This document shows, piece after piece, positions 10,689 to 21,476 of a DNA stretch of 64,000 nt; positions within the stretch are counted from its first letter, which is position 1; every line of letters begins with the position of its first letter. The translations under genes and the position numbers were made by a program. The stretch is from a virus. The DNA lies in the IMG/VR virus record IMGVR_UViG_3300021962_000044, positions 32,001 through 96,000 of that record; one strand, written 5' to 3'. A model generated the notes under the pieces. That model had not been told where the DNA came from. It saw nothing but the letters and a program-made list of their open reading frames with translations, and searched no databases.

Positions 10689-13328
10689 ATGAGTCAACAA
10701 AACATAGATTTCGGTTCCTTCCCCGACGATCCGAATGCGGATGCAATAAGAACGGCATTCCAAAAAGTACAAGATAACTTTGATGAAATATATGCAGCAG
10801 CCACTGTAGGTAGTGTAACATCAGTTAATAATGGTTCCGGCATTACAGTTAATACTCCTACAGGTAGTGTTGTTGTTACAGCTAATATTGCATGTGTACA
10901 AGTATCCACATCTTCATTATTAGTTAGTCGATCAGGTAGTACACCCGGAACATCTGCTAATATTACCAGTTCTTCTCAAATATTAGTAATAGATATTAAT
11001 CCGGCAAATGTTTTTTCTGCTAATTTTTCTGGTGTCAGCGGAGCATTAGCAAATCTTACCGGAACATTAACAACAAACTCTAACAGTCAACCAAATATTA
11101 CAAGTGTTGGTACACTAGCAAACTTAACAGTAACTGGAAATGCTAATGTAGGTAATATTGGTGCTACCGGAGTTGTTGCAACTACATTAGGCGGAACATT
11201 AACAACTATATCACAACCAAATGTAACAAGCGTAGGAAATTTAACTTCATTAAATGTAACCGGTAATATTAGGTCATCAGCTTATATAGGTGGAAATGTA
11301 TCTACTACTGGAGCCAATGCAATATTTGTAGGTGACGGTGGTTTATTAAGTAACTTAACTGTCTCGGCTGGTAGTTCAATTGTTAATGGTAATAGTAATG
11401 TTAGTATAACGGCAAACGGTAATGTAACTACTAGTGTTGCAGGCATTGCTGACATATTCATTGTTACTAGTACTGGTGCTAATGTATCCGGATATCTAAC
11501 TGTTTCTGGTAATATCACCGGTGCAAATGCAAATCTTGGTAATGCTGTTACTGCTAATTATTTTATTGGTAATTTACATGGTATTGCTAACAGTGCTACT
11601 ACTGCGGGTACAGTAACAACTGCGGCACAACCTAATATTACAAGTGTCGGTACATTAAGCTCAGTAACAGTAACTGCTGATGTGACAGCAGGAAATGTTT
11701 ATGCTAATAGTGGTATAGTTAAGGGACAATATTTATACGGTGATGGCAGTAATATTTCTAATATTACTATTTCAGCAGGTAGCTCTATTGTTAATGGTAC
11801 AAGTAATGTAAGTATACCGGGAGCTAATGGTAATGTTAATACCGTTGTTGCCGGTAACACTACTTTAGTTGTCACTGGAACAGGGGTTAACGTAGCAGGT
11901 AATTTAAACGCTACCGGTACTATTACTGGTAACTTCAACGGCAATGTAATTAATGCTACACAGGGCAATATTACAAGTTTAGGAACATTAACAGGGTTAA
12001 ATGTATCTGGTGCAAGTAATTTAGGTCCAGTGGGTAATGTAACAATTACCGGCGGCAATGCCAATGCATTTTTAATGACTAATGGATCTGGAACATTAAC
12101 TTGGAATAACGGTACACTATTACCGGTACAAGGTAGTAATAGTCAAGTAATATTTAATGACGGTGGAACAATTTATGCAGGTAATGCTAACTTAACTTTT
12201 AATAAAACAACTGGATTATTAACATCAACTTTATTAGGTGGAACATTAACTACAGCCGCCCAACCAAATATAACAAGCTTGGGTTCACTAACATCAATCA
12301 CTATTAATGGACCTACTATTGCTAATGGTACATTTAATACCGGAAATGCTAATGCAAATATTATCACTGCTAACTATTACATAGGTAATGGTTCAAATTT
12401 AGCAAGTATAACAGGTGCAAATGTAACCGGAACTGTAGCAAACGCAACATACGCAATAACTGCGGGTACTGCAACAACTGCGGGTACAGTAACAACAGCC
12501 GCACAACCAAATATTACAAGTGTTGGTACACTGACTGGATTAGGTGTAAATGGTACAATTACTGGTGTAAATATTACTGCAAATACAGGCGTGTTTACAG
12601 GTAATGGTAGTTCTTTAACAGCACTAAATGCAAATAACATTAGTTCAGGTACTCTTGCTCAAGCAAGATTAGCAAATGCAAGTGTAACATTAGGTAGCAC
12701 AGCATTAACGCTTGGTTCAACAGTAACAACAGTTGCAGGCCTGTCAAGCGTTACATCAACTACATTTGTTGGTTCATTGAGTGGTGCGGCAACAACAGCA
12801 GGTACAGTAACAACAGCCGCACAACCAAATATTACAAGTGTTGGTACATTGACCTCATTAACAACAACTACTATTAGTACTGGTGCAAACTCAACAGCAG
12901 GAACTATTACTGGTAATTGGTCATTGTCAGCTGGATCCCAATTACGGGCTACATATGCTGACTTAGCAGAATATTATGCAGGTGATTCAAATATTGAACC
13001 AGGCACGGTAATTGAATTTGGCGGCACACAAGAAGTTCAAATTTGTAATTCATATATGAGTAGGTTAGTTGCTGGCATTGTTACAACAAAACCAGCATAT
13101 ATAATGAATACTGATATCAGTTGTGAATATCCTATTGCAATTGCATTACAAGGTCGTGTTCCGGCTAAAGTAATTGGACCAGTAAAACGAGGTGATATGA
13201 TGGTTAGCTCAAACAACGGTCATGCTATATCTTGTAAATCACCTAATATGGGAACTGTATTAGGAAAAGCACTAACTGATTTTGACGGTAAAACAGGTAT
13301 AATAGAAATTATGGTAGGAAGAACATAA
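10689..13328 (+). CDS. tail fibre / repeat-rich virion protein with C-terminal intramolecular-chaperone-like domain
   Basis: G/N/T/A-rich; about 7 xxQPNITSVGTL-type repeats; C-terminal YADLAEYY..IALQGRVPAKV.G.V..GD. Confidence 0.75.
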   Translation: MSQQNIDFGSFPDDPNADAIRTAFQKVQDNFDEIYAAATVGSVTSVNNGSGITVNTPTGSVVVTANIACVQVSTSSLLVSRSGSTPGTSANITSSSQILVIDINPANVFSANFSGVSGALANLTGTLTTNSNSQPNITSVGTLANLTVTGNANVGNIGATGVVATTLGGTLTTISQPNVTSVGNLTSLNVTGNIRSSAYIGGNVSTTGANAIFVGDGGLLSNLTVSAGSSIVNGNSNVSITANGNVTTSVAGIADIFIVTSTGANVSGYLTVSGNITGANANLGNAVTANYFIGNLHGIANSATTAGTVTTAAQPNITSVGTLSSVTVTADVTAGNVYANSGIVKGQYLYGDGSNISNITISAGSSIVNGTSNVSIPGANGNVNTVVAGNTTLVVTGTGVNVAGNLNATGTITGNFNGNVINATQGNITSLGTLTGLNVSGASNLGPVGNVTITGGNANAFLMTNGSGTLTWNNGTLLPVQGSNSQVIFNDGGTIYAGNANLTFNKTTGLLTSTLLGGTLTTAAQPNITSLGSLTSITINGPTIANGTFNTGNANANIITANYYIGNGSNLASITGANVTGTVANATYAITAGTATTAGTVTTAAQPNITSVGTLTGLGVNGTITGVNITANTGVFTGNGSSLTALNANNISSGTLAQARLANASVTLGSTALTLGSTVTTVAGLSSVTSTTFVGSLSGAATTAGTVTTAAQPNITSVGTLTSLTTTTISTGANSTAGTITGNWSLSAGSQLRATYADLAEYYAGDSNIEPGTVIEFGGTQEVQICNSYMSRLVAGIVTTKPAYIMNTDISCEYPIAIALQGRVPAKVIGPVKRGDMMVSSNNGHAISCKSPNMGTVLGKALTDFDGKTGIIEIMVGRT
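12483..12848 (+). repeat. 48-bp exact direct repeat inside the fibre gene (12483-12530, 12801-12848)
   Basis: GGTACAGTAACAACAGCCGCACAACCAAATATTACAAGTGTTGGTACA seen twice. Confidence 0.9.
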
Positions 13329-13329
13329 T

Positions 13330-13953
13330 ATGGTAACTATAGAATTATTAACGGCAATGTGTCCAAAAACAAAACGTTCTATCTTAGAGGGTTATGTAGA
13401 GCCACTCAACACAGTAGCAGAATACTATGAGATGTTTGAGAATCCACGTAGAATTGCTGGCTTCTTAGCACAAATAGCACACGAAAGTGGTGGCTTTAAC
13501 GCTGTCATTGAAAACTTAAATTACTCAGCTAAAGGATTGATGGGTACATTTAAAAAGTATTTTCCTAATGAAGAACTAGCAAAACAATATGAACGTAAGC
13601 CAGAAATGATTGCTAATCGTGTTTACGCTAATCGTATGAAGAACGGTGATGAGAATAGTGGTGATGGATTTAGATTCAGAGGTCGTGGACTAATTCAATT
13701 GACCGGTCGTGATAACTATACACGTTTTGCAGAAGCATTAGATATGAGTATTGAAGATACTGTAAGATATTTAGAAACACCAAATGGTGCTGTTGCCAGT
13801 GCTGGTTGGTTCTGGGACAATAATAAACTAAATCAATTCTGTGATAAAGATGATTTCATTACATTAACAAAACGTATTAATGGTGGCACTATTGGATTGG
13901 AAGATAGAAAACACCATTATCATTTGGCATTACAACATTTGGGCGCACATTAA
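13330..13953 (+). CDS. glycoside hydrolase family 19 endolysin
   Basis: AGFLAQIAHESGG..ENLNYS..FRGRGLIQLTGRDNY..SAGWFW..TKRINGG..GLEDR. Confidence 0.93.
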   Translation: MVTIELLTAMCPKTKRSILEGYVEPLNTVAEYYEMFENPRRIAGFLAQIAHESGGFNAVIENLNYSAKGLMGTFKKYFPNEELAKQYERKPEMIANRVYANRMKNGDENSGDGFRFRGRGLIQLTGRDNYTRFAEALDMSIEDTVRYLETPNGAVASAGWFWDNNKLNQFCDKDDFITLTKRINGGTIGLEDRKHHYHLALQHLGAH

Positions 13954-13954
13954 T

Positions 13955-16534
13955 ATGGCACAACCAATATGGAATACACCAGCAGGTTCATTGGGTACAT
14001 TCCCGGCCACAATACCGTTGGCTGTTCAATTATCAGCATCAGCCGTTTCTCCTGCAACTAGTGTTACATATACCTTACTTAGTGGTACATTACCTGCAGG
14101 ATTAACAATTAATAGTTCAGGGGTAATAAGTGGAACTACTCCGATAGTAACACAAGATGTAAGTAGTACATTTACAATTAGAGCCACTGATAATTTATTA
14201 GTAGTTCGTGACCGAACTTTTTCAATGATTATTTCAGGTGTGGCAATTCCTGAATTTACAACTCCAGCTGGTAGTATATTAAACACCATTGATAGTGTGT
14301 GGATTGAGTTACCAATAGAATATTCCAATCCTGATAATACTAATACAATTCAAATTGAGTTACAAGAAGGTCTATTACCACCTGGATTAGAGATTAATAC
14401 TGAGGGTATAATTAGAGGTTATCCTAATCCTCCTATAGTTACTGTAACAGTAAATCAAATAGTAACAAATGCTACAATTACTAATGGTTCTTCAAATACA
14501 ATTACATGTACAACTACTAATTCATTTACTGTAGGAAGACCGGTAGTTTTTACTAATACTGCTTTTGGTGGCATAGTCGGAGGAACTACTTATTACATAA
14601 GATCAATTGATAGCACAACTACATTTACTATATCTGCTACACAAGACGGACCAGTCTATGCATTAACAACTGGTACCGGATCTATGACAGTTACCCTGCC
14701 TTCAGTATCAACCGGTCAACCCATTATACGAACTTATTCTTTTATTCTTAGATTAACAAGTGCGTTAGGAGGAGATACAGCATCATATAATATTACTGTT
14801 ATAAATCAAAACACACCGGTAAGCCAAGGTGGACCAGGTAATCCACCTAACACACGTGTTCCTACTATACTTAATACTAGACCTAGAACATATGTAATTA
14901 CTGATAGTGATCCGTATTATGGATACTATATATTACCACCAGTAAGTCCATCTATACCGGCAACTATTGGTACAGTTAGAAGTGGTGAGAATTTTGCTTT
15001 TAAAATAATAGGTTACGATTTTGATGGCAATACTTTAGAATATGATTATATTAATTTGCCATCAGAATTGACAGGTGATATTAATACCGGATGGATTACT
15101 GGAGTTCCGACATTAAATTCAATTGGATTAAGCACATTTAATTTTGCAGTTAATGTTTATAAAGCAGGAAGAACTGATATTGTTACTGCTAATTTTAACT
15201 TCACTTATAATGTAAGTAATGAAATAACTGATACAATAGTATGGGTTACTCCTAATGATTTAGGTACAATTTTTAATGGTTCAATTAGTACATTAAGTGT
15301 TACTGCTATAGCAGATACTGAATTATCATATAGAATAGTTGATGGGGCATTACCTCCTAATCTTTATATTTTAGACAATGGTGAAATAACCGGTAGGGTG
15401 TCTGAACAACCCACTGATACATTATTAGCACAAAACACAGAAACAGTTTTCACTTTTACTGTAGAAGCATATTCACCTTTATATTCAGTAGTACAATCTG
15501 AAAAAACATTTACGGTAACTGTATTGCAAGAATATAATCAACCAACTGATACTCTTTATATACAAGCTACAACTAGTATAAATGATAGAAATATAATTAA
15601 TAGTTTGTTATCTAATGAAACATTAATTCCGGAAGAAATGTTATACAGACCAAATGACATTTATTTTGGTAAAGCAACTAATGTTATATATGAACATGCA
15701 TATGGAATATATGCTAGTAATATTGATGAATATTTAGCCGCAGTAACTCAAAATCATTATTGGAGAAATATTACATTAGGTGAAATAAAAACTGCATTAG
15801 CAAAAAATAGTGCAGGTGAAATCATATATGAAGTAGTATATAGTGAGGTTATTGATAATTTAGTTAATCCTCAAGGCATAAGTATTCAACAAGAAATTGT
15901 ATGGCCAAGACCAATTAATTTGGGATTAGGTCCTTGGTATACAAGTGTTACTAATACATATTCTAGTTATAATAAAGATTTACCTCCTGGTTATTATACT
16001 AGTAGGACACCGGGCTATGCACAAACATTATATCCAAATAGTTTATTCAACATGCGTAATCGTGTAGCACAAGTTGTTGGGCAAGAATATGATAGCAGAT
16101 TGTTACCATTGTGGATGACTAGTCAACAAGAAAATGGCGGTACATTAGGTTATACTCAAGCTTGGGTTATATGTTATACTAAACCTGGAATTATTGTTGA
16201 TGGTGAACAATTAACTTATGCTGAATTTGAAGCGACTGGTTTAAAAAGAACACATACTCTAAATGGAGCAACTGTAATAGACTATTTTAGTTATGCTGAA
16301 ACTATTAAAAATAATATACAAAATAATTGGCAATATACACTGAATCAAATCAACTTTAGAATTGATAGATTTAGTGTAGATAAAAGTGAAACATACAACT
16401 ACGACAAAAATCTTAATCCACCTGCTTGGACAGGATTACCAAGTGCAACACCCGTACCTGATCCATTGGATAGTAAGAATTTCTATGTATTGTTCCCTAG
16501 AGAAACAATTTTACCAGATCAATCAGAATACTAA
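13955..16534 (+). CDS. Ig-like repeat virion protein (baseplate/tail); start probably ATG 13955
   Basis: Repeated Y.L.SG.LP.GL.I...G.I.G.P and F.F.V.A putative-Ig motifs; ATG 13955 lies just after the endolysin stop. Confidence 0.75.
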   Translation: MAQPIWNTPAGSLGTFPATIPLAVQLSASAVSPATSVTYTLLSGTLPAGLTINSSGVISGTTPIVTQDVSSTFTIRATDNLLVVRDRTFSMIISGVAIPEFTTPAGSILNTIDSVWIELPIEYSNPDNTNTIQIELQEGLLPPGLEINTEGIIRGYPNPPIVTVTVNQIVTNATITNGSSNTITCTTTNSFTVGRPVVFTNTAFGGIVGGTTYYIRSIDSTTTFTISATQDGPVYALTTGTGSMTVTLPSVSTGQPIIRTYSFILRLTSALGGDTASYNITVINQNTPVSQGGPGNPPNTRVPTILNTRPRTYVITDSDPYYGYYILPPVSPSIPATIGTVRSGENFAFKIIGYDFDGNTLEYDYINLPSELTGDINTGWITGVPTLNSIGLSTFNFAVNVYKAGRTDIVTANFNFTYNVSNEITDTIVWVTPNDLGTIFNGSISTLSVTAIADTELSYRIVDGALPPNLYILDNGEITGRVSEQPTDTLLAQNTETVFTFTVEAYSPLYSVVQSEKTFTVTVLQEYNQPTDTLYIQATTSINDRNIINSLLSNETLIPEEMLYRPNDIYFGKATNVIYEHAYGIYASNIDEYLAAVTQNHYWRNITLGEIKTALAKNSAGEIIYEVVYSEVIDNLVNPQGISIQQEIVWPRPINLGLGPWYTSVTNTYSSYNKDLPPGYYTSRTPGYAQTLYPNSLFNMRNRVAQVVGQEYDSRLLPLWMTSQQENGGTLGYTQAWVICYTKPGIIVDGEQLTYAEFEATGLKRTHTLNGATVIDYFSYAETIKNNIQNNWQYTLNQINFRIDRFSVDKSETYNYDKNLNPPAWTGLPSATPVPDPLDSKNFYVLFPRETILPDQSEY

Positions 16535-16557
16535 ATATATAACGGAACACAACGAAT

Positions 16558-17583
16558 ATGAGCACAATTAACACAAACGGTATCAATGTAAATTACCCTG
16601 TACCAGGGGTAAATAACAACAGCCAAGGTTTTAGAGATAACTTTGCGGCAATTAGAACTAACTTGAATACAGCTGGTACTGAAATCACAGACCTACAAAA
16701 CAAAGTAGTTGTTAAATCAGCACTAGCAAATTCTACAGTAAACAATGATATGGCTAATACTCTTATTAGCAATGCTTTAACACGTAGTTTTCGTGCTAGT
16801 ACTTACAATTTAGGTAATGCAATATCAGGCACAGTATTAGTAAATGTATCCTTAGGTGATGTTCAGTATGGTACTATTGCAGGTAATACTACTATTCAAT
16901 TTACTGGATGGAGTCCTACTAGTACTCAAAGTAACGTTCAATTACAATTAGCAGTATCAAATAATTTAGCAGTATTATCATTCCCTAGTCAAGTGACCGA
17001 CGGTGTAACATCATTGGAAAATTATGCAAATGTTGCCAATACTAATACAGTTTCTATTCCATATGGTGTAACCCAATTAGATTATAGATTCAGTACATTG
17101 GATTGCGGTAATTCAATTACAGTAGAACCATTTAATAATCCCAGAATAATATCACAAGTTCAACAAAGAACACCGGCACCAACGGGCTTTCAAGGAGATG
17201 TAGCCGGCGATATTGCAATAGATGCTAACTATGTTTATGTATGTACTGCATCATACAATTCAATTGCAAATACAGTTGTAATTGCAAATGCTAGTTCTAC
17301 TGGAGATTTGTTAACAGTTTCAAATACAGGTAGCTTAACTTTAAACGATCCTATAATTTTTACAGGAGCTAACGTAACACAAGCTAATTTGGTAGCAAAT
17401 ACAATATATTATGTTAAAGCAATTGCATCCTCAGGTGCTAACGGAACAATTTCTGTAAGTGCTACTAGATCATCAGGCACTGCAGGAGCCAATGTTACAT
17501 TAACAACAACTGCAAATGGATTTAGCGCAAATACATTTAATGGTACTGATATATGGAAAAGAATTGCACTAACTTCTTGGTAA
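16558..17583 (+). CDS. virion structural protein (fibre/baseplate-associated)
   Basis: N-terminal SQGFRDNF..I..N, T/N/A-rich, C-terminal WKRIALTSW; TAAATA upstream. Confidence 0.65.
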   Translation: MSTINTNGINVNYPVPGVNNNSQGFRDNFAAIRTNLNTAGTEITDLQNKVVVKSALANSTVNNDMANTLISNALTRSFRASTYNLGNAISGTVLVNVSLGDVQYGTIAGNTTIQFTGWSPTSTQSNVQLQLAVSNNLAVLSFPSQVTDGVTSLENYANVANTNTVSIPYGVTQLDYRFSTLDCGNSITVEPFNNPRIISQVQQRTPAPTGFQGDVAGDIAIDANYVYVCTASYNSIANTVVIANASSTGDLLTVSNTGSLTLNDPIIFTGANVTQANLVANTIYYVKAIASSGANGTISVSATRSSGTAGANVTLTTTANGFSANTFNGTDIWKRIALTSW

Positions 17584-17594
17584 TAAATATTTGA

Positions 17595-17828
17595 ATGGAA
17601 CACCCATTCATTTCATCACTATCTGATAAAACTCTTGAGGAGTTGCAGACTGTCATGTCCGAATTAACTAAAAAACTAAACTTTGCATATCGTATGCAAA
17701 ACAGTGCCATGATTCATCAATTAAATATGGTTATGGCTAGCTATAAAGCTGAATATGGTCGCAAAATGGATGAGCTTCTTAAAAAGCAAGGTGACCGAAC
17801 TCAAATCAATATTCAAAAAGAAAGCTAA
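17595..17828 (+). CDS. hypothetical protein
   Basis: 77-aa ORF, TAAATA 5 nt before ATG. Confidence 0.6.
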   Translation: MEHPFISSLSDKTLEELQTVMSELTKKLNFAYRMQNSAMIHQLNMVMASYKAEYGRKMDELLKKQGDRTQINIQKES

Positions 17829-17830
17829 AA

Positions 17831-18433
17831 TTGACTACACGCATAGAACGAGATTTTTCATTTCAAGCAGGTGTTTATTTCCAAGAAGAATTTTTAATGA
17901 ACGTATATACTATATCATTATATATGGATGTAGAAACAGAATCTATTAGAGAACAAAACGTAGCAATGGAAAGAATCAAATACTTTCTAAATGATTGTTT
18001 AGAGAATAGCATTTTTGTACAAGATACTGAACATAAAATTATTGAGAAATATAATTCATGTGGCTTTAAAGTTTGTACAGTTCCCGAAGAACCTTACGAT
18101 CAAATTATTACTATACTGTTATTAACTAAACTGAATAGCATTACTGAAGGAAGATTAGTAATTACTGATATTACTTTAGGCTCAAGGATAAGCGATCAGG
18201 TTAAGTTTAGTTATGATATTGAAAGTCCACGTGGTCCTTTAGAAGTAGCCGGATGGTGGACAGATAACGGTACATCAATATCAGATCCTGTCAAAAAATC
18301 AGTACGTAAAGACAAAATTGTTAAGTTGTTTAAAACACAATCAACAGATTGGGCAGAATACAATTTAATTTGGAAAGAAAAAGATCCTAAAATTAAAAGT
18401 GAAATTGTTTTCACTACCGATCTTGAAAAATAA
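17831..18433 (+). CDS. hypothetical protein (TTG start)
   Basis: 200-aa ORF filling the gap. Confidence 0.6.
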   Translation: MTTRIERDFSFQAGVYFQEEFLMNVYTISLYMDVETESIREQNVAMERIKYFLNDCLENSIFVQDTEHKIIEKYNSCGFKVCTVPEEPYDQIITILLLTKLNSITEGRLVITDITLGSRISDQVKFSYDIESPRGPLEVAGWWTDNGTSISDPVKKSVRKDKIVKLFKTQSTDWAEYNLIWKEKDPKIKSEIVFTTDLEK

Positions 18434-18446
18434 CTAACCAAAACTA

Positions 18447-18475
18447 TTGTATACTATTGATAACTATGCTATAAT
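18447..18475 (+). promoter_or_regulatory. sigma70-type promoter with extended -10
   Basis: TTGTAT-17-TATAAT with TGn; ATG 6 nt downstream. Confidence 0.7.
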
Positions 18476-18481
18476 ATACAA

Positions 18482-18988
18482 ATGAAAACTGATAATTATG
18501 GTCAATTAATTTTTAATCAAAATGACCTATGCGAATTATTCTTACAAGACCCTACCCGTACTATCAATAATGCACTAGTTGATAGCGTGATAGAATTTAA
18601 TGGGTTTCTATCATTAGACAATATTCCAAATTTACAATTGTATCAAAAACCAACTATATCACTGGAAGAGTTTGATAACAATAAGCAGAAAAATTGGCAT
18701 ATGCCCAAAGAATATTATGAATTAGATATTGCTAAATGGGTGTTAGATCAATGCAAAAGTGAAGCAGAATTACAACGTGCAGGTGAGGAATTAATTAAGT
18801 TCCAAGAACGTAATATGTTTGTATTATTACAATATTTAAAGTATTTGGTTGACACAATGCGTAAGAATAATATTGTTTGGGGAGTGGGTAGGGGTAGTAG
18901 TGTAGCAAGTTTTGTATTGTTTTTAATAGGAATACACCGTATAAATAGTTTATACTATGATCTATCTATAGATGAGTTTTTAAAATAA
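18482..18988 (+). CDS. stand-alone fragment of DNA polymerase III alpha (DnaE)
   Basis: R..EEL..F..YLKYLVDTMRKNNIVWGVGRGSSVASFVLFLIGIHRI..L.YDL...EFL matches the DnaE GxGRGS region. Confidence 0.8.
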   Translation: MKTDNYGQLIFNQNDLCELFLQDPTRTINNALVDSVIEFNGFLSLDNIPNLQLYQKPTISLEEFDNNKQKNWHMPKEYYELDIAKWVLDQCKSEAELQRAGEELIKFQERNMFVLLQYLKYLVDTMRKNNIVWGVGRGSSVASFVLFLIGIHRINSLYYDLSIDEFLK

Positions 18989-18998
18989 GGAGAATATA

Positions 18999-19358
18999 AT
19001 GGCTAATTATAAAACAGCAATGGGTAAAACAGTTGATATGGCTGCATTAACCGCAAGAAATGAAAAAACTAGAGCAGTCGGTAATATGAAAGTTAATGCT
19101 CGAGGTGATACTATTGACGGGCAGGGTCGTATTATTAAAACGGCTACCGCCAAAGTAAATGATTCATATAACAAAACTGTAGGTAATCGTTCAGCACAAC
19201 CGGTACGCAATAAGCCAAAAACATCTGCGGCACCTCCATCAAAACCCGCAATTGATCTATCACAACTAAATGAAATTGAACGTGAATTAGAAGAATCATT
19301 AGAAGATGATTTAGAAATTGAAAAAATTAAAGCACAGGAAATTAAAGGTAAAAAATGA
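18999..19358 (+). CDS. hypothetical protein
   Basis: SD AAGGAG; 119 aa. Confidence 0.65.
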   Translation: MANYKTAMGKTVDMAALTARNEKTRAVGNMKVNARGDTIDGQGRIIKTATAKVNDSYNKTVGNRSAQPVRNKPKTSAAPPSKPAIDLSQLNEIERELEESLEDDLEIEKIKAQEIKGKK

Positions 19359-19732
19359 ACCAATACAGTAAACCAGCATTTAGCCCTACTAAAGTAGATA
19401 CAATGAGATTCTTTAAGGATCATATCATTGTATCTGACATGCATTTTGATGAACGTGTAACTTCAGGTGGTATTATCTTAATGGATGATGATAAGAAAAG
19501 TTCTGGCATTAGACCTCGTTGGGCAAAGATTTATGGTATAGGTCCTGATCAAAATGATCCACAATTAGAAATTGGTAAATGGATACTTATTAGTCATGGT
19601 CGGTGGACACGTGGAATTACAGTTGAAACTCCTGCAGGTAAACAAACATTGCGTAAAGTTGATCCTAATGATATACTCTTAGTATCAGATGAACCAATGG
19701 AAGATGAAACAATAAGTGATAAGGTATATTAA
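19355..19732 (+). CDS. GroES-like co-chaperonin
   Basis: D.IIV..ERVTSGGIIL..AKIYGIGP..LEIG..IL..DILLV pattern. Confidence 0.75.
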   Translation: MNQYSKPAFSPTKVDTMRFFKDHIIVSDMHFDERVTSGGIILMDDDKKSSGIRPRWAKIYGIGPDQNDPQLEIGKWILISHGRWTRGITVETPAGKQTLRKVDPNDILLVSDEPMEDETISDKVY

Positions 19733-19750
19733 CATGACAGGAGTGGATGA

Positions 19751-19966
19751 ATGAATTCAATTGAGTTAGCGGATCACTTAATATTTCGGGCAAAACATTT
19801 ACATGAATTTACTGTAACTACAACTGTACCCAAAAATCTTAAATTTAATGGTCATATACCATTTGACATTAGTGTAAAAGATGATATACTTAGTGCTATC
19901 GTATATGCTGTAGACTTTGATGAAGCTACAACAATACTTAATAATTATTTGGAAAAACACACATGA
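19751..19966 (+). CDS. hypothetical protein
   Basis: 71-aa ORF with AGGAG upstream. Confidence 0.5.
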   Translation: MNSIELADHLIFRAKHLHEFTVTTTVPKNLKFNGHIPFDISVKDDILSAIVYAVDFDEATTILNNYLEKHT

Positions 19967-20259
19967 TAAATTGGTTAAGACAAAAATTACAAAATTTTCT
20001 GCATCCACAATATCCACATGACAGTGATGTAGTAGAAACAAAAACTCATAGAAGAGGTGTTCTAGTTAGAGGATCAAGTCTTGATAGTAGAGGTATGAGT
20101 TTTACTATCCATATGGCTAGTGGTGGATATGTTTTAGAATACTCATCTTATGATGACAAAACAGATAGACATAACCATAATTTACATATTATCCCTTCCG
20201 ACCAAGATATGGGTCAGGGTATCGCACATATTATCACATTAGAAATGTTAAGAAAATGA
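19963..20259 (+). CDS. hypothetical protein
   Basis: ATGA overlaps with both neighbours. Confidence 0.6.
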   Translation: MINWLRQKLQNFLHPQYPHDSDVVETKTHRRGVLVRGSSLDSRGMSFTIHMASGGYVLEYSSYDDKTDRHNHNLHIIPSDQDMGQGIAHIITLEMLRK

Positions 20260-21182
20260 ATAAGAAACTTTGGGTAGAATCATACAGGCCGAACACAATA
20301 GCAGACTATGTGTTTGTAGATGAACGACAAAAGAATCAAGTAGAGGGTTGGGTTAAAGATGGATCTATCCCTCATTTATTACTATCAGGTGATCCGGGTA
20401 CAGGCAAAACAACTCTTGCTAAAGTACTGATCCACGAACTTGATGTAAGTGAATATGATGTATTGGAGATCAATGCATCACGTGAGAATAGCGTAGATGT
20501 TGTACGTAACAAGATTGTTAACTTTGTACAAACAATGCCTTTTGGTAGCTTCAAAGTAGTATTATTAGATGAAGCAGATTATTTGACACCAGCTGGTCAA
20601 GCGGCATTACGTAATGATATGGAAGCATATCATATGACAGCAAGATTTATTTTAACTTGTAACTATCAGCATAGAATTATCCCTGCATTGAAGTCACGAT
20701 GCCATGAGTTTCACATTACAAAAACAGATAAAACAGAGTTCACTGCGAGAGCGGCAACTGTGTTAGTAAGTGAAAACATTGAATTTGATTTAGATGATTT
20801 AGATAGTTATGTTCGTGCCACATATCCAGATTTGCGTAAATGTTTAAATCAGTTACAGGTTAATAGTAGTACAGGGAAACTATTACCACCACAAACACAA
20901 GGATCTAGTGAGAATGAATTATTAGTTGATGCAACTAATTTATTTAAAGCAGGCAAAATCCTTGAGGGTAGACAACAGTTATTACAATATATTGCTTTGT
21001 ATCCTACACGTATTGAAGATACATATGCATGGATGTATCAAAATTTAGATTTATGGGGTAAGTCTAATGAGAAGCGTGATGCTAGTATTATTGTTATTAG
21101 AAATGGTTTAGCTAATCTAAGTTTAGTGGGTATACCTGAAATTAGTTTGGCAGCAACTCTTTGCGAACTTTCTGCGTTATAG
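20256..21182 (+). CDS. clamp loader AAA+ subunit (T4 gp44/RFC-like)
   Basis: LWVESYRP, Walker A GDPGTGKTT, INAS, Walker B LLDEAD, FILTCN, ALKSRC, PDLR. Confidence 0.93.
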   Translation: MNKKLWVESYRPNTIADYVFVDERQKNQVEGWVKDGSIPHLLLSGDPGTGKTTLAKVLIHELDVSEYDVLEINASRENSVDVVRNKIVNFVQTMPFGSFKVVLLDEADYLTPAGQAALRNDMEAYHMTARFILTCNYQHRIIPALKSRCHEFHITKTDKTEFTARAATVLVSENIEFDLDDLDSYVRATYPDLRKCLNQLQVNSSTGKLLPPQTQGSSENELLVDATNLFKAGKILEGRQQLLQYIALYPTRIEDTYAWMYQNLDLWGKSNEKRDASIIVIRNGLANLSLVGIPEISLAATLCELSAL

Positions 21183-21192
21183 GATTATCAAC

Positions 21193-21465
21193 ATGAGATA
21201 TTTATTAATTACATTCATGAGAAAGCCCAATGGGCAAATTGATGAACAAGTAGCGGTATCAAAAAAAGTTAAACCAAGTGACTTGCAGACCTGTAATGTT
21301 ATATTAGATTATGCTAATAAAACAGTAGATAAATGCGTAATTGAAGGTAAAGCTTTAGATAGAGAGTGGGATAAGATGCATGAATATTATGTAAAGATTT
21401 ATCCTAATCTTATTTCACAACTTGAAAAAGAAGCAAGTATTACTGCAAAGACAAATGGGGCCTAA
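21193..21465 (+). CDS. hypothetical protein
   Basis: 90-aa ORF, SD AGGA. Confidence 0.6.
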   Translation: MRYLLITFMRKPNGQIDEQVAVSKKVKPSDLQTCNVILDYANKTVDKCVIEGKALDREWDKMHEYYVKIYPNLISQLEKEASITAKTNGA

Positions 21466-21475
21466 GCCCCATTTT
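21452..21475. terminator. bidirectional terminator between convergent genes
   Basis: AAATGGGGC-CTAA-GCCCCATTTT. Confidence 0.75.
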
Positions 21476-21476
21476 G

